From the IMG/VR virus record IMGVR_UViG_3300006092_000356, positions 10,513 through 74,512 of that record: DNA of 64,000 nt; one strand, given 5' to 3'. Shown piece after piece: positions 16,762 to 27,408 of this stretch. The notes beneath the pieces are model-generated. The model did no database searches. It was not told the origin of the DNA and saw only the letters and a program-made list of their open reading frames with translations. The stretch comes from a virus. Taxonomy: Duplodnaviria; Caudoviricetes. Numbering within the stretch: the stretch's first letter is position 1; every line of letters begins with the position of its first letter. The position numbers and the translations under genes are program-made.

Positions 16762-18573
16762 ATGGTTACCATCAACTCCGCTGAAAGCAACCGCGCTCAG
16801 CTTCTTTCTATTCCAGAGGTCACTTGGGGTACTACTCCCGGCTCTGGTACTGTGAAAACGCTTCGCATTCTCAATTCAGGTATTTCTGCTACCAAAGACA
16901 CGAAGATGTCTGAGGAAATCCGCGCTGATCGGATGGTTTCGTCCATCGTGGAAACCGCTGCGTCTACTGGCGGTGATGTGAAGTTTGAAGTTGCTGCCGG
17001 CTCGTTCGACGACTTTATGCAGGCGTTCTTACTTGGTGCCTGGACTAAGACCATGAATTGGTTCCAGGTCAAGGGTACGTCTGTGTCAATTACTGGTGTA
17101 CACGAAGTTACAATTACAGGCGCTGACTGGACCGACTGGTTAGCGGATAATCAGTGGCTTAAGCTCGAAGGCTTCCTTACGGCTGGTAATAACATTTACG
17201 TCAGTGTAAACGGCGCTCCGTCGTATTCTGGCGGTAATACGGTGATTACCGTTGACCAGACTGTTGCGGTTGAGGCTGGTTCGGCTTATACGCGTATTTT
17301 CGACGCCAACGACGTTCACTCCGTTGCTACCACGGTTACGTTCACGTCGGGCAATACGGTTGACGGCGGTGGCGCTAACGCTTACGCGGGCCTTAAGGTT
17401 GGTCAGCGTGTTTGGATTGAGGGTCTAGGGAAAGAGACCGGTACGATCCAGGCTATCGCTACCGATCCTGCCGAGGGTGATACTATCGTCATTTCTGACG
17501 GCGTGGATACGATCACGCTTGAGATTCGTACAAACTCTGCCCTGGTGACCCCTGGCAACGTTCATGTTGCTCTTAGCGGGACGCCAGCGACGCTTGCTGC
17601 GTCGATCTCGGCGGCGATCATGGATCAGTTCCGGCGTAAGAATGTGATGATCTCGTGCACCGTGTCTACTGACACGGTTACGCTAACGAACCACCGTCAG
17701 ACTGGTGGCTCAATTTCGTCTGCATCGGGCGGTATCACTGAGACCAACTTCTCCGGCGGTTCGGCTACCAAGGGCGGTTTCTATACCGTTGCGTCGGTGC
17801 CGGACAACGATACGTTCACTACTGTTGAGACGCTTTCTACAGATGCGAACGCGGGAAGCAAGAAAGTGATCGTGAAGGGTTCTCACGTTCGAAATCCTGG
17901 TGTTGTTGGCGATATCACCAAGCAGTCGTTCTCGATGGAGACTGGCTTTACCGACGTGGCGAAGTATTTCAGTCACGACGGTCTGCGTGTTGGTGGTTTC
18001 GACTTTAACGTCCAGACCGGCGAAATTCTCAACATGTCCTTCTCGTTTAAGGGGCGTGAGACGGCTACGGAGCCGTCTGGCACTGCTTTGGGTAATACCG
18101 GCACGTACACGGTTCTCCCCGCTACCAGCACTGAGCCGCTGAACGCAACGTCGAATGTCGGTACCATTTACAAGGACGGTACGGCGCTTGATCTGGCGGT
18201 TATGAATATCAAAATCCAGGGTGACGCCAATCTTCGAGAGCAGCGGGCTGTCGGTGAGAAGTTCCCGGCTGGTATCGGTTACGGTCGTTTCGCTCTGAAG
18301 GGTACGCTTGAAGTCTATTTCGAGGACTTCACGATGTTCAATGCGTTCCTTGATCACGACACCGTGTCGCTTGAGTTCGATGTTACTGACGCGGACGAAC
18401 AGACGTACTGGTTCAAGATTCCTGCGATGAAGGTGTCTGCTGACCCAATTTCTCCGCCCGGTATTGACAAGGATGTTATGGAGCCGATGGAGTTCATGGC
18501 CTTCCGTGATTCTTCGCTCCAGACGATGTTTATGGTCACGCGCTTCTCCAGCGTTTGGGGCAGCGTGGGCTAA
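16762..18573 (+). CDS. major tail tube protein with a large central insertion
   Basis: N-terminal E.TWGTTP, SEEIRADRM; C-terminal GTLEVYFED; beta-rich insert. Confidence 0.8.
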   Translation: MVTINSAESNRAQLLSIPEVTWGTTPGSGTVKTLRILNSGISATKDTKMSEEIRADRMVSSIVETAASTGGDVKFEVAAGSFDDFMQAFLLGAWTKTMNWFQVKGTSVSITGVHEVTITGADWTDWLADNQWLKLEGFLTAGNNIYVSVNGAPSYSGGNTVITVDQTVAVEAGSAYTRIFDANDVHSVATTVTFTSGNTVDGGGANAYAGLKVGQRVWIEGLGKETGTIQAIATDPAEGDTIVISDGVDTITLEIRTNSALVTPGNVHVALSGTPATLAASISAAIMDQFRRKNVMISCTVSTDTVTLTNHRQTGGSISSASGGITETNFSGGSATKGGFYTVASVPDNDTFTTVETLSTDANAGSKKVIVKGSHVRNPGVVGDITKQSFSMETGFTDVAKYFSHDGLRVGGFDFNVQTGEILNMSFSFKGRETATEPSGTALGNTGTYTVLPATSTEPLNATSNVGTIYKDGTALDLAVMNIKIQGDANLREQRAVGEKFPAGIGYGRFALKGTLEVYFEDFTMFNAFLDHDTVSLEFDVTDADEQTYWFKIPAMKVSADPISPPGIDKDVMEPMEFMAFRDSSLQTMFMVTRFSSVWGSVG

Positions 18574-18645
18574 GAAATAACAGGCAAGCGCTAGGAATTG
18601 TCTGTGATGTGTTTCGTCGGCTCAATGCGCTCCCTGTGCCGATGA

Positions 18646-18681
18646 GTCCCCGCCACTGGTGTCAGGCCCGGTGGCGGGGAC
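18646..18681 (+). promoter_or_regulatory. 14-bp GC-rich stem whose 8-nt loop (TGTCAGGC) is complementary to the next gene's pre-ATG sequence
   Basis: GTCCCCGCCACTGG-TGTCAGGC-CCGGTGGCGGGGAC; GCCTGACA at 18712-18719. Confidence 0.65.
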
Positions 18682-18719
18682 ACCTATATAACGCCTGACT
18701 AACAAAAGAGAGCCTGACA

Positions 18720-19151
18720 ATGACTGATATTACCAAGAAGCCTAACATTTTTGATATCTGTGAGACCGATTCCAAAGCCGAGGAAGATGGTCGTTGGTTT
18801 AACGACATTTTTGGTGATGGTAGCGGTATTAATGTGAAGCTGCGTCACATTATGTGCAGCGAGTCGATGAACGTTCGTCGTCGGCTGGATCGCGCTAACC
18901 GGCGTCTTATGGTGAAGGGCGAGTATCCTACCGCTGTTGCCATTAAGCTGCTTATTGAGCAGGTTGCCGAAGCGGTTCTCATTGACTGGTCTGGTATCGT
19001 TGACCGTGACGGTAAAGAAATCCCGTATTCCAAGGAAGCGGCTGTACGCCTTCTTACGGACTTACGCGTGTTCCGTGACGGCGTTGTTTCTATGGCGCAG
19101 TCAATTGACAGTTTCCGTATTGAAGATCGGGAAGCTGCGGAAAAAAACTGA
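18720..19151 (+). CDS. tail assembly chaperone
   Basis: between tube and tape measure; EEDGRWF, L.DW.GI..DG.EIPYS.E. Confidence 0.8.
   Translation: MTDITKKPNIFDICETDSKAEEDGRWFNDIFGDGSGINVKLRHIMCSESMNVRRRLDRANRRLMVKGEYPTAVAIKLLIEQVAEAVLIDWSGIVDRDGKEIPYSKEAAVRLLTDLRVFRDGVVSMAQSIDSFRIEDREAAEKN
19142..19148 (+). other. -1 ribosomal frameshift slippery site A-AAA-AAC
   Basis: the -1 frame is open from 19142 and in frame with ATG 19217 (75 nt). Confidence 0.8.
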
Positions 19152-19216
19152 CCGAGGTTCTCCGTCACAGGACTGAGAACCACAGAAAATATCTAAAACT
19201 CGAACAGTTTGAAAGA

Positions 19217-19516
19217 ATGCGAGAAGCGGGGCGGAGTGTCCCGTTTCTTGATAATGCGCCTGAACTTGATACAGCTTATCGTGCTTATTACGAAGCTTTC
19301 CATTTTCTTTCTGACATGCGTCCAAGGACAGCGGACGTAATTGTCAATCGTATTCCGTTGTCTGAGATTGAAAGTTATCTACGGCTATTCAAGATTACGG
19401 ACGAATTTGAGGTACAAAACTTTGTCCATCTTATTGTAGCTATGGACAAAGTGTATGTGCCACTAATGGAAGCTTATCTTATCGAAGAAAAGCGAAAAGC
19501 GCAGGCCAAACAATAA
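19217..19516 (+). CDS. tail assembly chaperone, frameshift extension
   Basis: AF..LS..RP, IPLSEI..Y pattern; in the -1 frame of 18720..19151. Confidence 0.8.
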   Translation: MREAGRSVPFLDNAPELDTAYRAYYEAFHFLSDMRPRTADVIVNRIPLSEIESYLRLFKITDEFEVQNFVHLIVAMDKVYVPLMEAYLIEEKRKAQAKQ

Positions 19517-19577
19517 GACTTGTATATGGTTAATTGTCATGGTAGTTTACCGGGAATTACGGTAAGTAGGAACGACC

Positions 19578-22500
19578 ATGGCCTTAGAGCTACAAATCAG
19601 TACCCAACAGGCTAATCAGGCTATCCAGCAGATTGAAAAGTCGCTGGACAGCCTTCGTGCGTCCTTGGACCGCGTTGGTAATGAAGGCTCTGCGTTTAGC
19701 AATCTGGTAACACAGCTTCGCTCGGTCTCGGTTGACCCTGGACAGGTTCAAAACGTAGGAAACCTTGCCAACGCTTTGAAAGGCTTAAATGCGGTAAAAG
19801 ACGTTACTGCTCTTGCTAGCGGTATGCGGGCACTGGCAGTCGTCGACTTTAATAAGCTCGCTACAGACTTCAACCGCTTTGTGACGCAGCTTAACTCGTT
19901 GACGGTTCCGGCTAGTTTCTATCAGATTGTTTCTGGTTTCAATCAGATCAATGCTGCGGCACAGCAAGTAAACGCTACGCTCCAGCGAACCGTTACAACC
20001 AACAATCAGGCTGGTAATTCATTTAACAATCTCAGAGGCACAATCGCTCCGGTAAACAATCTGCTAGCTGCGTTTGGTGTTTCTCTAGGCGCTGTCGGGT
20101 TTGGTAACTTTGTTCGTGCATCGTTCGACGCCACGTCCGCGCTCCAATCGTTTCAGGCGCAGATGACGGCGTTGTACGGTGGACCCGATGTAGGTGCGCA
20201 GACCCGCTTTGCTGCTGAACAATTCCAGTTCCTCAGGCGCGTGGCGCGTGAAACAGGTAGAGATATTAGTGATCTTCTGCCGGCATACTCGCGTTGGACC
20301 CAATCTACGGTTCGTAGCGGTGTTTCTGCTCGCGATTCTGCGGCTGACTTCTATCGTCTGAATGTTGTTTTCCGTGTGTTCGGTCTCAGCGCAGATCAGG
20401 CGTCTGGCTCTATGCGTGCCTTCGAACAGATGATGTCGAAGGGCAAAGTGCAGATGGAAGAGTTGCGCGGTCAGTTAGGTGACCGTGGTGTTCCTGCTGT
20501 TGCGGCGATGGCGCGCGCTCTTGGTGTGACGACCGACAAGTTGCAGGAAATGATGGCTGCTGGTCAGGTGTCGTCGCGTGAAGTGACGAAGCTGATCAAT
20601 GCTCTTTATGAAATGGCTGCTCCCGGACTGCCAGCAGCTATGCGCACGCTTGACGCCACTATGAACCTGTTTAAGAACACGTTAACAGAACTCAATTTGG
20701 CGTTCGGTATGCCTTTCTTTGAGAAGTTTACGTCAGGGTTTAAACTATTAGAGGAGGCCCTTGCGTCACCGGCAGTGATGCAAGCTATGGCCAATATTGG
20801 CAGCTTTTTGGGCCAATTCGCGTCTGGTTTTTCTGCGGCTATGGCTGCTGCGGTTGTGTTCGGCGCTGAAGTGGTGAATGCTATTTCCGCTGTAATGTCT
20901 GTTATCGGTAACGTGGCTACTGCCATGTTTGGTTGGATTCCTGGTTTTGATCAGTTAGCTAATTCAGGTATCACTGTAGCCAATGCAATCGGTTTTGCTG
21001 CCGGTGTTATTATGACTTTCGTTGCGGCCGGCGCTTTAGTGTGGACTGTTAACGCCGCGTTTCGTGCTGTTATGATTACACTAGCGCTTCTCAATGTTCT
21101 AACAAGCGCGTGGCGTGTCGCTGTTCTTGGTGTTGTCATTGCTATTGCTGGTGTGACCTACATTATTTCGCGTTTCCGCGGTGACACCGAAACTGCGTCG
21201 CAGGCAACAGGTGTGTTCAATAGTATGCTTGGTCAGTTGACTGGTACCGCGCTCGACACAGCATCGACTATGTCCGACACGGCTGAAGAGTATACAAACG
21301 TTGCTGGGGCTGCGTCTAATACGACGCGTCGGACAAACGAACAAACTGACGCTACACGCCGTGCTGCGCAGGAAAGCCGTAACATGAACGCTGCTATGCG
21401 TAATGAAACGGCTGAGCGCACGCGTCTTGACCATAGCATGCAGAGCCTCATTAATTCACAGAACGGTGCCACACAGTCGGCTAATAGTCACACGACGGCT
21501 CTTAACGGTGTGTCTGCTGCCTCCGGTGGTGCGTCTACTTCTGGTAACAACTTAAATACTGTGCTTAGTTCTAATGTTGGTGGTTTTAACAATGCTACTG
21601 CGGCTGCACGAAGTTATGGCGCAGCCCTTGAATGGGTAACGGCTACCGGTGATCGCGTTCCTGTTCTTAATCGTTCTGTACCACAGGGGACGCCGCGCAA
21701 CGTCACACAGGAAGCCAGCAATAATTCGTGGTATACTGGTTGGAATCAGTCTACGCAATCTTACAACAATTCGCCCACTGCTAACGCGAATACGTCTGAT
21801 AAGCCTGGATATTACCAACAGAACACTGTGGCTTATGATCCTGTTGAATATTACAATAGTCCGAGTTATCAGAACAACAGTGACTATATTGATTCGTCGT
21901 CTTACTCGTATGATAAGGCGACTGAGAGTGATTATGGTTACATGCAGAAAGGCGGTATCGTCGGCGCGGCAATTGAAAGCCGAAAGGCTCCGCTTAGCTT
22001 GTGGAATGGCGCCCGCCGTTTCGCTGACGGCGGATACACGCCCGGTTCAGGTGAAGTCCCTATCATTGCGCACCAAGGCGAAGCCGTCGTTCCCTTGCCC
22101 GATGGGCGTTCTATCCCAGTATCATTCACTGGGGAGTTTATCGACAGCATCCGCGCTATCGGTGTAGTGTTTAAAAATGAGAGTGACAGGTGGGTACAGG
22201 CTCTTCACCAGCAAACACTTGTGTTAGATGTGATTGCTAACAAAATTAACCTTGGCAGCACATCCACATCGACAGGAACAGGCACAAGTGGTACTGGTAC
22301 TACCACTCCTACGGCTCCTGCCAATCAGCCAGACACACCGTCTACGGCTGCGGCTAGGCGCTCATTTTTTGGTGGTGGCTACACGGCTCCGGGTGCTATC
22401 GGTGTTGTAGGAGAAAACGGACAGGTCACAGCGCGTACGTTTGATGGTATGGGTGTTGGTGGGACATCAAACGTTCCACGCTATGCTTCCGGTACTCCGA

Positions 22501-22832
22501 ATACTTCCGGCGGGTTTGCTGCTATTCTGCATCCGAATGAGGCTGTCATTCCGTTGCCTGATGGTCGTAGGGTTCCAGTCGAGTTACGTGAGCCTGCTGA
22601 CAAAGCGTCTCCGCTGCGTCGCGCGGTACGTGATCCGGTTACCACTACAACTGTACCGTCTACAACATCGGGTAGCGTGATAGTCAACATGTATGTAAAC
22701 ACGCCGGACGCGAAATCTTTCGCTGCCAGCCAGGATCAGATGCTGACAGAGCTTCAAACCAAGATCGAGCGCGCTAAGTCTCGTATTGGTTTTGGTGGCT
22801 CCGTGGATGACCCGACTATTCGTAAGGTCTAA
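19578..22832 (+). CDS. tape measure protein
   Basis: 1084 aa Ala-rich; MSKGKVQMEELRGQLG tape-measure motif; TM segments; repeated A.GG/H..EAV.PLPDGR motifs. Confidence 0.92.
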   Translation: MALELQISTQQANQAIQQIEKSLDSLRASLDRVGNEGSAFSNLVTQLRSVSVDPGQVQNVGNLANALKGLNAVKDVTALASGMRALAVVDFNKLATDFNRFVTQLNSLTVPASFYQIVSGFNQINAAAQQVNATLQRTVTTNNQAGNSFNNLRGTIAPVNNLLAAFGVSLGAVGFGNFVRASFDATSALQSFQAQMTALYGGPDVGAQTRFAAEQFQFLRRVARETGRDISDLLPAYSRWTQSTVRSGVSARDSAADFYRLNVVFRVFGLSADQASGSMRAFEQMMSKGKVQMEELRGQLGDRGVPAVAAMARALGVTTDKLQEMMAAGQVSSREVTKLINALYEMAAPGLPAAMRTLDATMNLFKNTLTELNLAFGMPFFEKFTSGFKLLEEALASPAVMQAMANIGSFLGQFASGFSAAMAAAVVFGAEVVNAISAVMSVIGNVATAMFGWIPGFDQLANSGITVANAIGFAAGVIMTFVAAGALVWTVNAAFRAVMITLALLNVLTSAWRVAVLGVVIAIAGVTYIISRFRGDTETASQATGVFNSMLGQLTGTALDTASTMSDTAEEYTNVAGAASNTTRRTNEQTDATRRAAQESRNMNAAMRNETAERTRLDHSMQSLINSQNGATQSANSHTTALNGVSAASGGASTSGNNLNTVLSSNVGGFNNATAAARSYGAALEWVTATGDRVPVLNRSVPQGTPRNVTQEASNNSWYTGWNQSTQSYNNSPTANANTSDKPGYYQQNTVAYDPVEYYNSPSYQNNSDYIDSSSYSYDKATESDYGYMQKGGIVGAAIESRKAPLSLWNGARRFADGGYTPGSGEVPIIAHQGEAVVPLPDGRSIPVSFTGEFIDSIRAIGVVFKNESDRWVQALHQQTLVLDVIANKINLGSTSTSTGTGTSGTGTTTPTAPANQPDTPSTAAARRSFFGGGYTAPGAIGVVGENGQVTARTFDGMGVGGTSNVPRYASGTPNTSGGFAAILHPNEAVIPLPDGRRVPVELREPADKASPLRRAVRDPVTTTTVPSTTSGSVIVNMYVNTPDAKSFAASQDQMLTELQTKIERAKSRIGFGGSVDDPTIRKV

Positions 22833-22835
22833 TAC

Positions 22836-25800
22836 ATGGTTACGGAAAATAATTTAGGCTCATTGGGGTGCGACTTCCGCCATGCCAAGATCATTGGTAT
22901 GACGTGGGTCCCCTATGAGGGCGGGCGTAAGAAGTGTTGTGACAAGTACAGGTATGGTGCACAGTTCTCTTATGATATGTGCATGGCTATTTGTACGCTG
23001 TGCTGTAAGAAGCTGATTATTGATTTTGCTTGCGAAGACGTTGATCCGCGTGACAGTGATCGTGTTAAGAACGCTGATGATCCTCGGGAGTTTCCATCCA
23101 CTACTGTAACTGATAACGGTATCTCTTTTACGTCTAGTTCCTACGGTGTACCGTTACCTATTGTTTATGGTTCCGACAAACTCAACGGTAACGTATTTTG
23201 GGCGAGCCCAATCAAACGTAATTTGATGGCTAGTGGTACCGAATACTACAACACTATCGATTTTGCTCTTGGTCTGTGCGAAGGTGAAATTGATGGTGTT
23301 GTTAGGATGTGGTTGGGTGACAAACTGGTGCTGGACAACAGCGTCACAACTGACGTAAACGATATTGCCCAGCCTAATGCTGACGGCTTTATTGCTGGCG
23401 CAACTATTGATTTGACTGACGCCGACAGTCCTCTACGCAACTTACCATCCACAGTCCGTCAGACGCGTATTACCATTTTCTCAGGTTCTGAAACACAATT
23501 ACCAGAGGGCGTTATTGTCACTAAAGAAGGATACGAAAACACGCCCGCTTACCGTGGCGTCGCGTATATTCTTTTCGAAAACTTCATTATCGGCGGTAAC
23601 ACGATTCCTAATTTATTTGTCGAGGTGACGTCGCACACTGAAGCCACCTACCCGCGCGTCTACGGTAACGTCATTACACCGGAAGAGAAATTCGACAGCA
23701 TGGGCGGTGAGTTCCTGATTGTCGATCCGGCTTTCAGCTACGTCTACACCGATGCCGAAGATGCCAACGGTACAGCCACGCCCCCGAATGGTAGCGGCTT
23801 CCTTCGTCTCGATTACAACACCATGGAGACTATTGACGAGACTGAGATTGTCGTCACCGAAGGCTACACACCAAACTACCCCCTGACGCGTCTGTTGCCT
23901 ATCACAGGCTTCCTCATGGTGTGTCAGACAGTATCCAACGCCGGTACACTGCGTACGTGGAATCCATTCACGCAAAGCGTGATGGACACGTTTGGTCCCG
24001 GCGGCGGCGTTAGTGACCACAACCTTGCAAGTGGCTTCTCGGCGCTCGGGAAGGGCTCCATCGCGTTTGCGACAATCGGGTCTGAAACGGACGTTCAGAC
24101 TGATGTGTTCATGGCTATCGGCGTAGTCAATACGGCTATCGGGTTTGCTGAGATCATGGAGACCGGTGAAATTGTTCCGGTATCAAATCTTGGTGCTGTC
24201 ATGCCGAAAGATGACGCACGATCAGCTTTCTTGACGCTTTCTGGCACATTTGCCAATGACACTCCCACATTTATGGATGGCGTAACATCTACGCTCGGAC
24301 ATCACGCACTTGTGTTAAGTTATGACACAGATGAAAGAACTGAGTTCAATGTCGGCATTATCACGGTTTTTGACGGACAAACGTCGTTGTTGGCATCACC
24401 ATCATGGGTGGAAGTCGGTACAATCGATTGCGATGATCTTCTTGGTAGGGGCATTCCCCACAACATTTCTACTATTATTATCGATCCTTCTGACAAGATG
24501 CCAGTAATCTTCTTCCGCTCTGGTAATCGTACGCCAGTGGCGGTGAAGTATGATATTTATAATGACGCAGTTGTTTGGAAGTCCCCTGCTTACGAATATC
24601 CTGACATGCAGGGCGGTGATGTTGCGTACTGTCCGTCAAGTCGCTATGCTTGGGTCGGCTCGACTTCTGGCATCTTCACTCTTGACATGCAGACTGGCGA
24701 GGTTGTCCAGGAGCAGGCGGTTATCAGTAACGTCAATCTGCCTGTTTTGGCCGGTGGTAATCAGTATTACAACGGCGCAGAAGATAGCATTACCTACACG
24801 TCTACAACGACAGGAAAGCTTGTTTCTAAGTTCTTTCTCACACGCGTAGCGCAGACGACAGTGGATTTGGCCGATATTGTGGCCGATCTTCTTGACCGGA
24901 TTGGGCTGTTGTCCACGGACATGGATATCAGTGATCTTAACGCTATCACACTCAACGGCTACACTGTTGAAACGAAGAAGTCTCTGCGTGCTATTTTCTC
25001 CGAGCTTGGTCAGGTGTTCAAATTCGATGTTATCGAGAGTAACGGTCGCATCAAGTACAAGACGCGCGGTGACGCGGCTGGTATCACGATTAACCACAAG
25101 TATCTTTCTGACGTGAACGAGGCAGGGTGGTTGAACACTACGGACGAGAACGACATTTCGCGCATCAGAAAGATCAATCTCAAATACCGTGACTTCACGC
25201 GTGAATACCGAGACAACGTGCAGTCGATCCTGTTACCTCGCTATGGTAATCAGAGCTTCGATAATGACGCCGCTATTTCCGTTGACGTTCCCGTCGTTCT
25301 GACGAGCGATTCGGCGAAGTCTCTTGCTGAAATTCTTCTTTATTCTAAGTTGGTGAGCGACACCACATACGAAATTAATCTGCCTCCCAGGTACATGTAC
25401 CTTGATCCGGCAGACGTTATCAAGGTACAGCGTGACAACGATCCTGATAACGACATCACTATGCGCATCCGCAGAACTGTTGTCGGCGGTGACAAGAGCG
25501 TGCGGGTTGAGGCGTCCCAAGAGGACCCCGACATTTATACTCAGGTGGTCAACTTGTTTGCCGCTGATGGAAGGTACGACGCCAGTGCGTTTGACGCCGT
25601 GCCTCCGCGCATTGAACCTTTCCCCATGCTTATTCCCTTCCGCTCTTTTGACGAGGCTGACGATGTTACCGACAAGTATGTTCTTTATACCGCGTTCATC
25701 AACCACCGAGCATCCGCCGTCCTCGAAAACGACATCACAGTGTCAGTGGATGGAACCGCTACTTACACTATTAAAAGACCGACAGCGTTCCCAACCTGGG

Positions 25801-26615
25801 GATACGTCACAAACCCACCCGACTTCAAAACAAGTCGATACTCCACCGACGACACCAGCCAGTTGCGCGTCAAAATCATCCACTCAGGGTTTGGTGTTCC
25901 CCAATCATCCAGTCTATCCGCCCTACTTGCTAGCAATTCGTGTAACCTCGCATACTGCGGGGGCGAATTGCTGCAATTCACGACAGTCGTCGATGAAGGT
26001 AACGACACGTATCTTCTCACCGGACTCCATCGTGCAAAAATGGGTACGGACCCATTTGCTGGGGTTCAAGTCGTAGGCGACAAGTTTATTCTCTTAGGCA
26101 ACGCTTCGGCAGTCCTGGATGATGCTTCTGTGCGCGCAATCAAGCTGCCTGTGGCGTCGCCTAAGTTTGCCTTGCAGTACCAGATGAAAACAGGCAATCC
26201 GTTTCAACCCGCCCTGGTGAGATTGTGGACCGCGTTGAACCTCCGTTCGTTTACGGTGGCTGACCTCCACGCTTCTTGGTCAACGGATGACGCTGTATTC
26301 ACGTGGACTAGGCGTACACGCTATGGCGACGACTTCCCGGATGATGGAGCAGAAAACGTTCCTCTCAACGAGATAGACGAATCTTATGTTGTGTTTGTCC
26401 ACACTGACGAGGATGTGTTTGACGCATCTGATCCAGACACTTACTTAAGAAAAGAGACTGTTACTGTCCCTACATTCACGTATACACTTGCAATGCAGAC
26501 AGAGGACGGTTATGACAATACAACAACTGATCTCTATGGTGTGATGTACCAAGAGGGGTCTGCTATCAATTTCCGAATGGGTGCCGCTAGGCAAATATTG
26601 TTGGAGCATAAATAA
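22836..26615 (+). CDS. tail tip / host-specificity protein (GTA megatron-like, lambda J-like)
   Basis: SSYG.P.PIVYG...GN..W, PAYRG.AY..FE, FD..ES.G.IK, RY..LDPADV, WTRRTR motifs. Confidence 0.8.
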   Translation: MVTENNLGSLGCDFRHAKIIGMTWVPYEGGRKKCCDKYRYGAQFSYDMCMAICTLCCKKLIIDFACEDVDPRDSDRVKNADDPREFPSTTVTDNGISFTSSSYGVPLPIVYGSDKLNGNVFWASPIKRNLMASGTEYYNTIDFALGLCEGEIDGVVRMWLGDKLVLDNSVTTDVNDIAQPNADGFIAGATIDLTDADSPLRNLPSTVRQTRITIFSGSETQLPEGVIVTKEGYENTPAYRGVAYILFENFIIGGNTIPNLFVEVTSHTEATYPRVYGNVITPEEKFDSMGGEFLIVDPAFSYVYTDAEDANGTATPPNGSGFLRLDYNTMETIDETEIVVTEGYTPNYPLTRLLPITGFLMVCQTVSNAGTLRTWNPFTQSVMDTFGPGGGVSDHNLASGFSALGKGSIAFATIGSETDVQTDVFMAIGVVNTAIGFAEIMETGEIVPVSNLGAVMPKDDARSAFLTLSGTFANDTPTFMDGVTSTLGHHALVLSYDTDERTEFNVGIITVFDGQTSLLASPSWVEVGTIDCDDLLGRGIPHNISTIIIDPSDKMPVIFFRSGNRTPVAVKYDIYNDAVVWKSPAYEYPDMQGGDVAYCPSSRYAWVGSTSGIFTLDMQTGEVVQEQAVISNVNLPVLAGGNQYYNGAEDSITYTSTTTGKLVSKFFLTRVAQTTVDLADIVADLLDRIGLLSTDMDISDLNAITLNGYTVETKKSLRAIFSELGQVFKFDVIESNGRIKYKTRGDAAGITINHKYLSDVNEAGWLNTTDENDISRIRKINLKYRDFTREYRDNVQSILLPRYGNQSFDNDAAISVDVPVVLTSDSAKSLAEILLYSKLVSDTTYEINLPPRYMYLDPADVIKVQRDNDPDNDITMRIRRTVVGGDKSVRVEASQEDPDIYTQVVNLFAADGRYDASAFDAVPPRIEPFPMLIPFRSFDEADDVTDKYVLYTAFINHRASAVLENDITVSVDGTATYTIKRPTAFPTWGYVTNPPDFKTSRYSTDDTSQLRVKIIHSGFGVPQSSSLSALLASNSCNLAYCGGELLQFTTVVDEGNDTYLLTGLHRAKMGTDPFAGVQVVGDKFILLGNASAVLDDASVRAIKLPVASPKFALQYQMKTGNPFQPALVRLWTALNLRSFTVADLHASWSTDDAVFTWTRRTRYGDDFPDDGAENVPLNEIDESYVVFVHTDEDVFDASDPDTYLRKETVTVPTFTYTLAMQTEDGYDNTTTDLYGVMYQEGSAINFRMGAARQILLEHK

Positions 26616-27367
26616 TGAGTACGTCCGCTATTCTGAATATCACTGAATTAGCCGAAAATCAGGCTAACAAGTACATTACTATTAATAATATTCTCCGTGA
26701 CCTAGAGCGGGCTGCTAATCGTAAGCTTGCCAAAACGGTTACTGGGACCGGCCCTGTTAACTTGACTACAGATGAATGTACAAAATATATGTACTATGTT
26801 GCCTCGGGCGGTAGCGGTAACTTCAATTTCGTATTCCTCGGTGAGCCTGATGGAGTCAATAATGCTGACCGCCTCTTCGTATTTAAAAACGCTTCATCTT
26901 ATGTGGCCACGGTAAAATCTGACGATACAGGCACTACTATAACGGTTAACGCGGGCGCTAGCGCGCTCATTCACCAGTCACACGACGACATGGTGAAGCT
27001 CGCTGAATTTGATGGACTTACCACGGCTCCGTATGATATCGGGTTCAGTTACCCTGGTTCGCCTACGGGTAGCCTTGAAGTCTTGAAGTTCGTCGCCGTT
27101 CGTGCTATCGACTTCGCTGACGACTTTGCTGGTAGTCAGGGGCACGTCGGTACCAATCCCGCAGCCACTGCGACCTTCGATGTGAAGAAAAACGGTTCTT
27201 CTATCGGTTCTATCCAGGTTTCAACGTCTGGTGTGTTCACGTTTGCCACCACTGGTGGCGCTGTTTCGTTGTCCGTTGGTGACCGAATTTCTATCCAGGC
27301 CCCGTCTCCACCAGACGCGTCGATGGCGGATATTGGTATTGTGTTGAAGGGTACGCGCACGCTCTAA
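26615..27367 (+). CDS. DUF2793-like tail fibre adaptor protein
   Basis: L.ITELAENQANKY.TIN..L..LE N-terminus. Confidence 0.6.
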   Translation: MSTSAILNITELAENQANKYITINNILRDLERAANRKLAKTVTGTGPVNLTTDECTKYMYYVASGGSGNFNFVFLGEPDGVNNADRLFVFKNASSYVATVKSDDTGTTITVNAGASALIHQSHDDMVKLAEFDGLTTAPYDIGFSYPGSPTGSLEVLKFVAVRAIDFADDFAGSQGHVGTNPAATATFDVKKNGSSIGSIQVSTSGVFTFATTGGAVSLSVGDRISIQAPSPPDASMADIGIVLKGTRTL

Positions 27368-27408
27368 TGTGCTATTTATAGCGCATAAAGCGGTATTAGG
27401 AGCTATAT

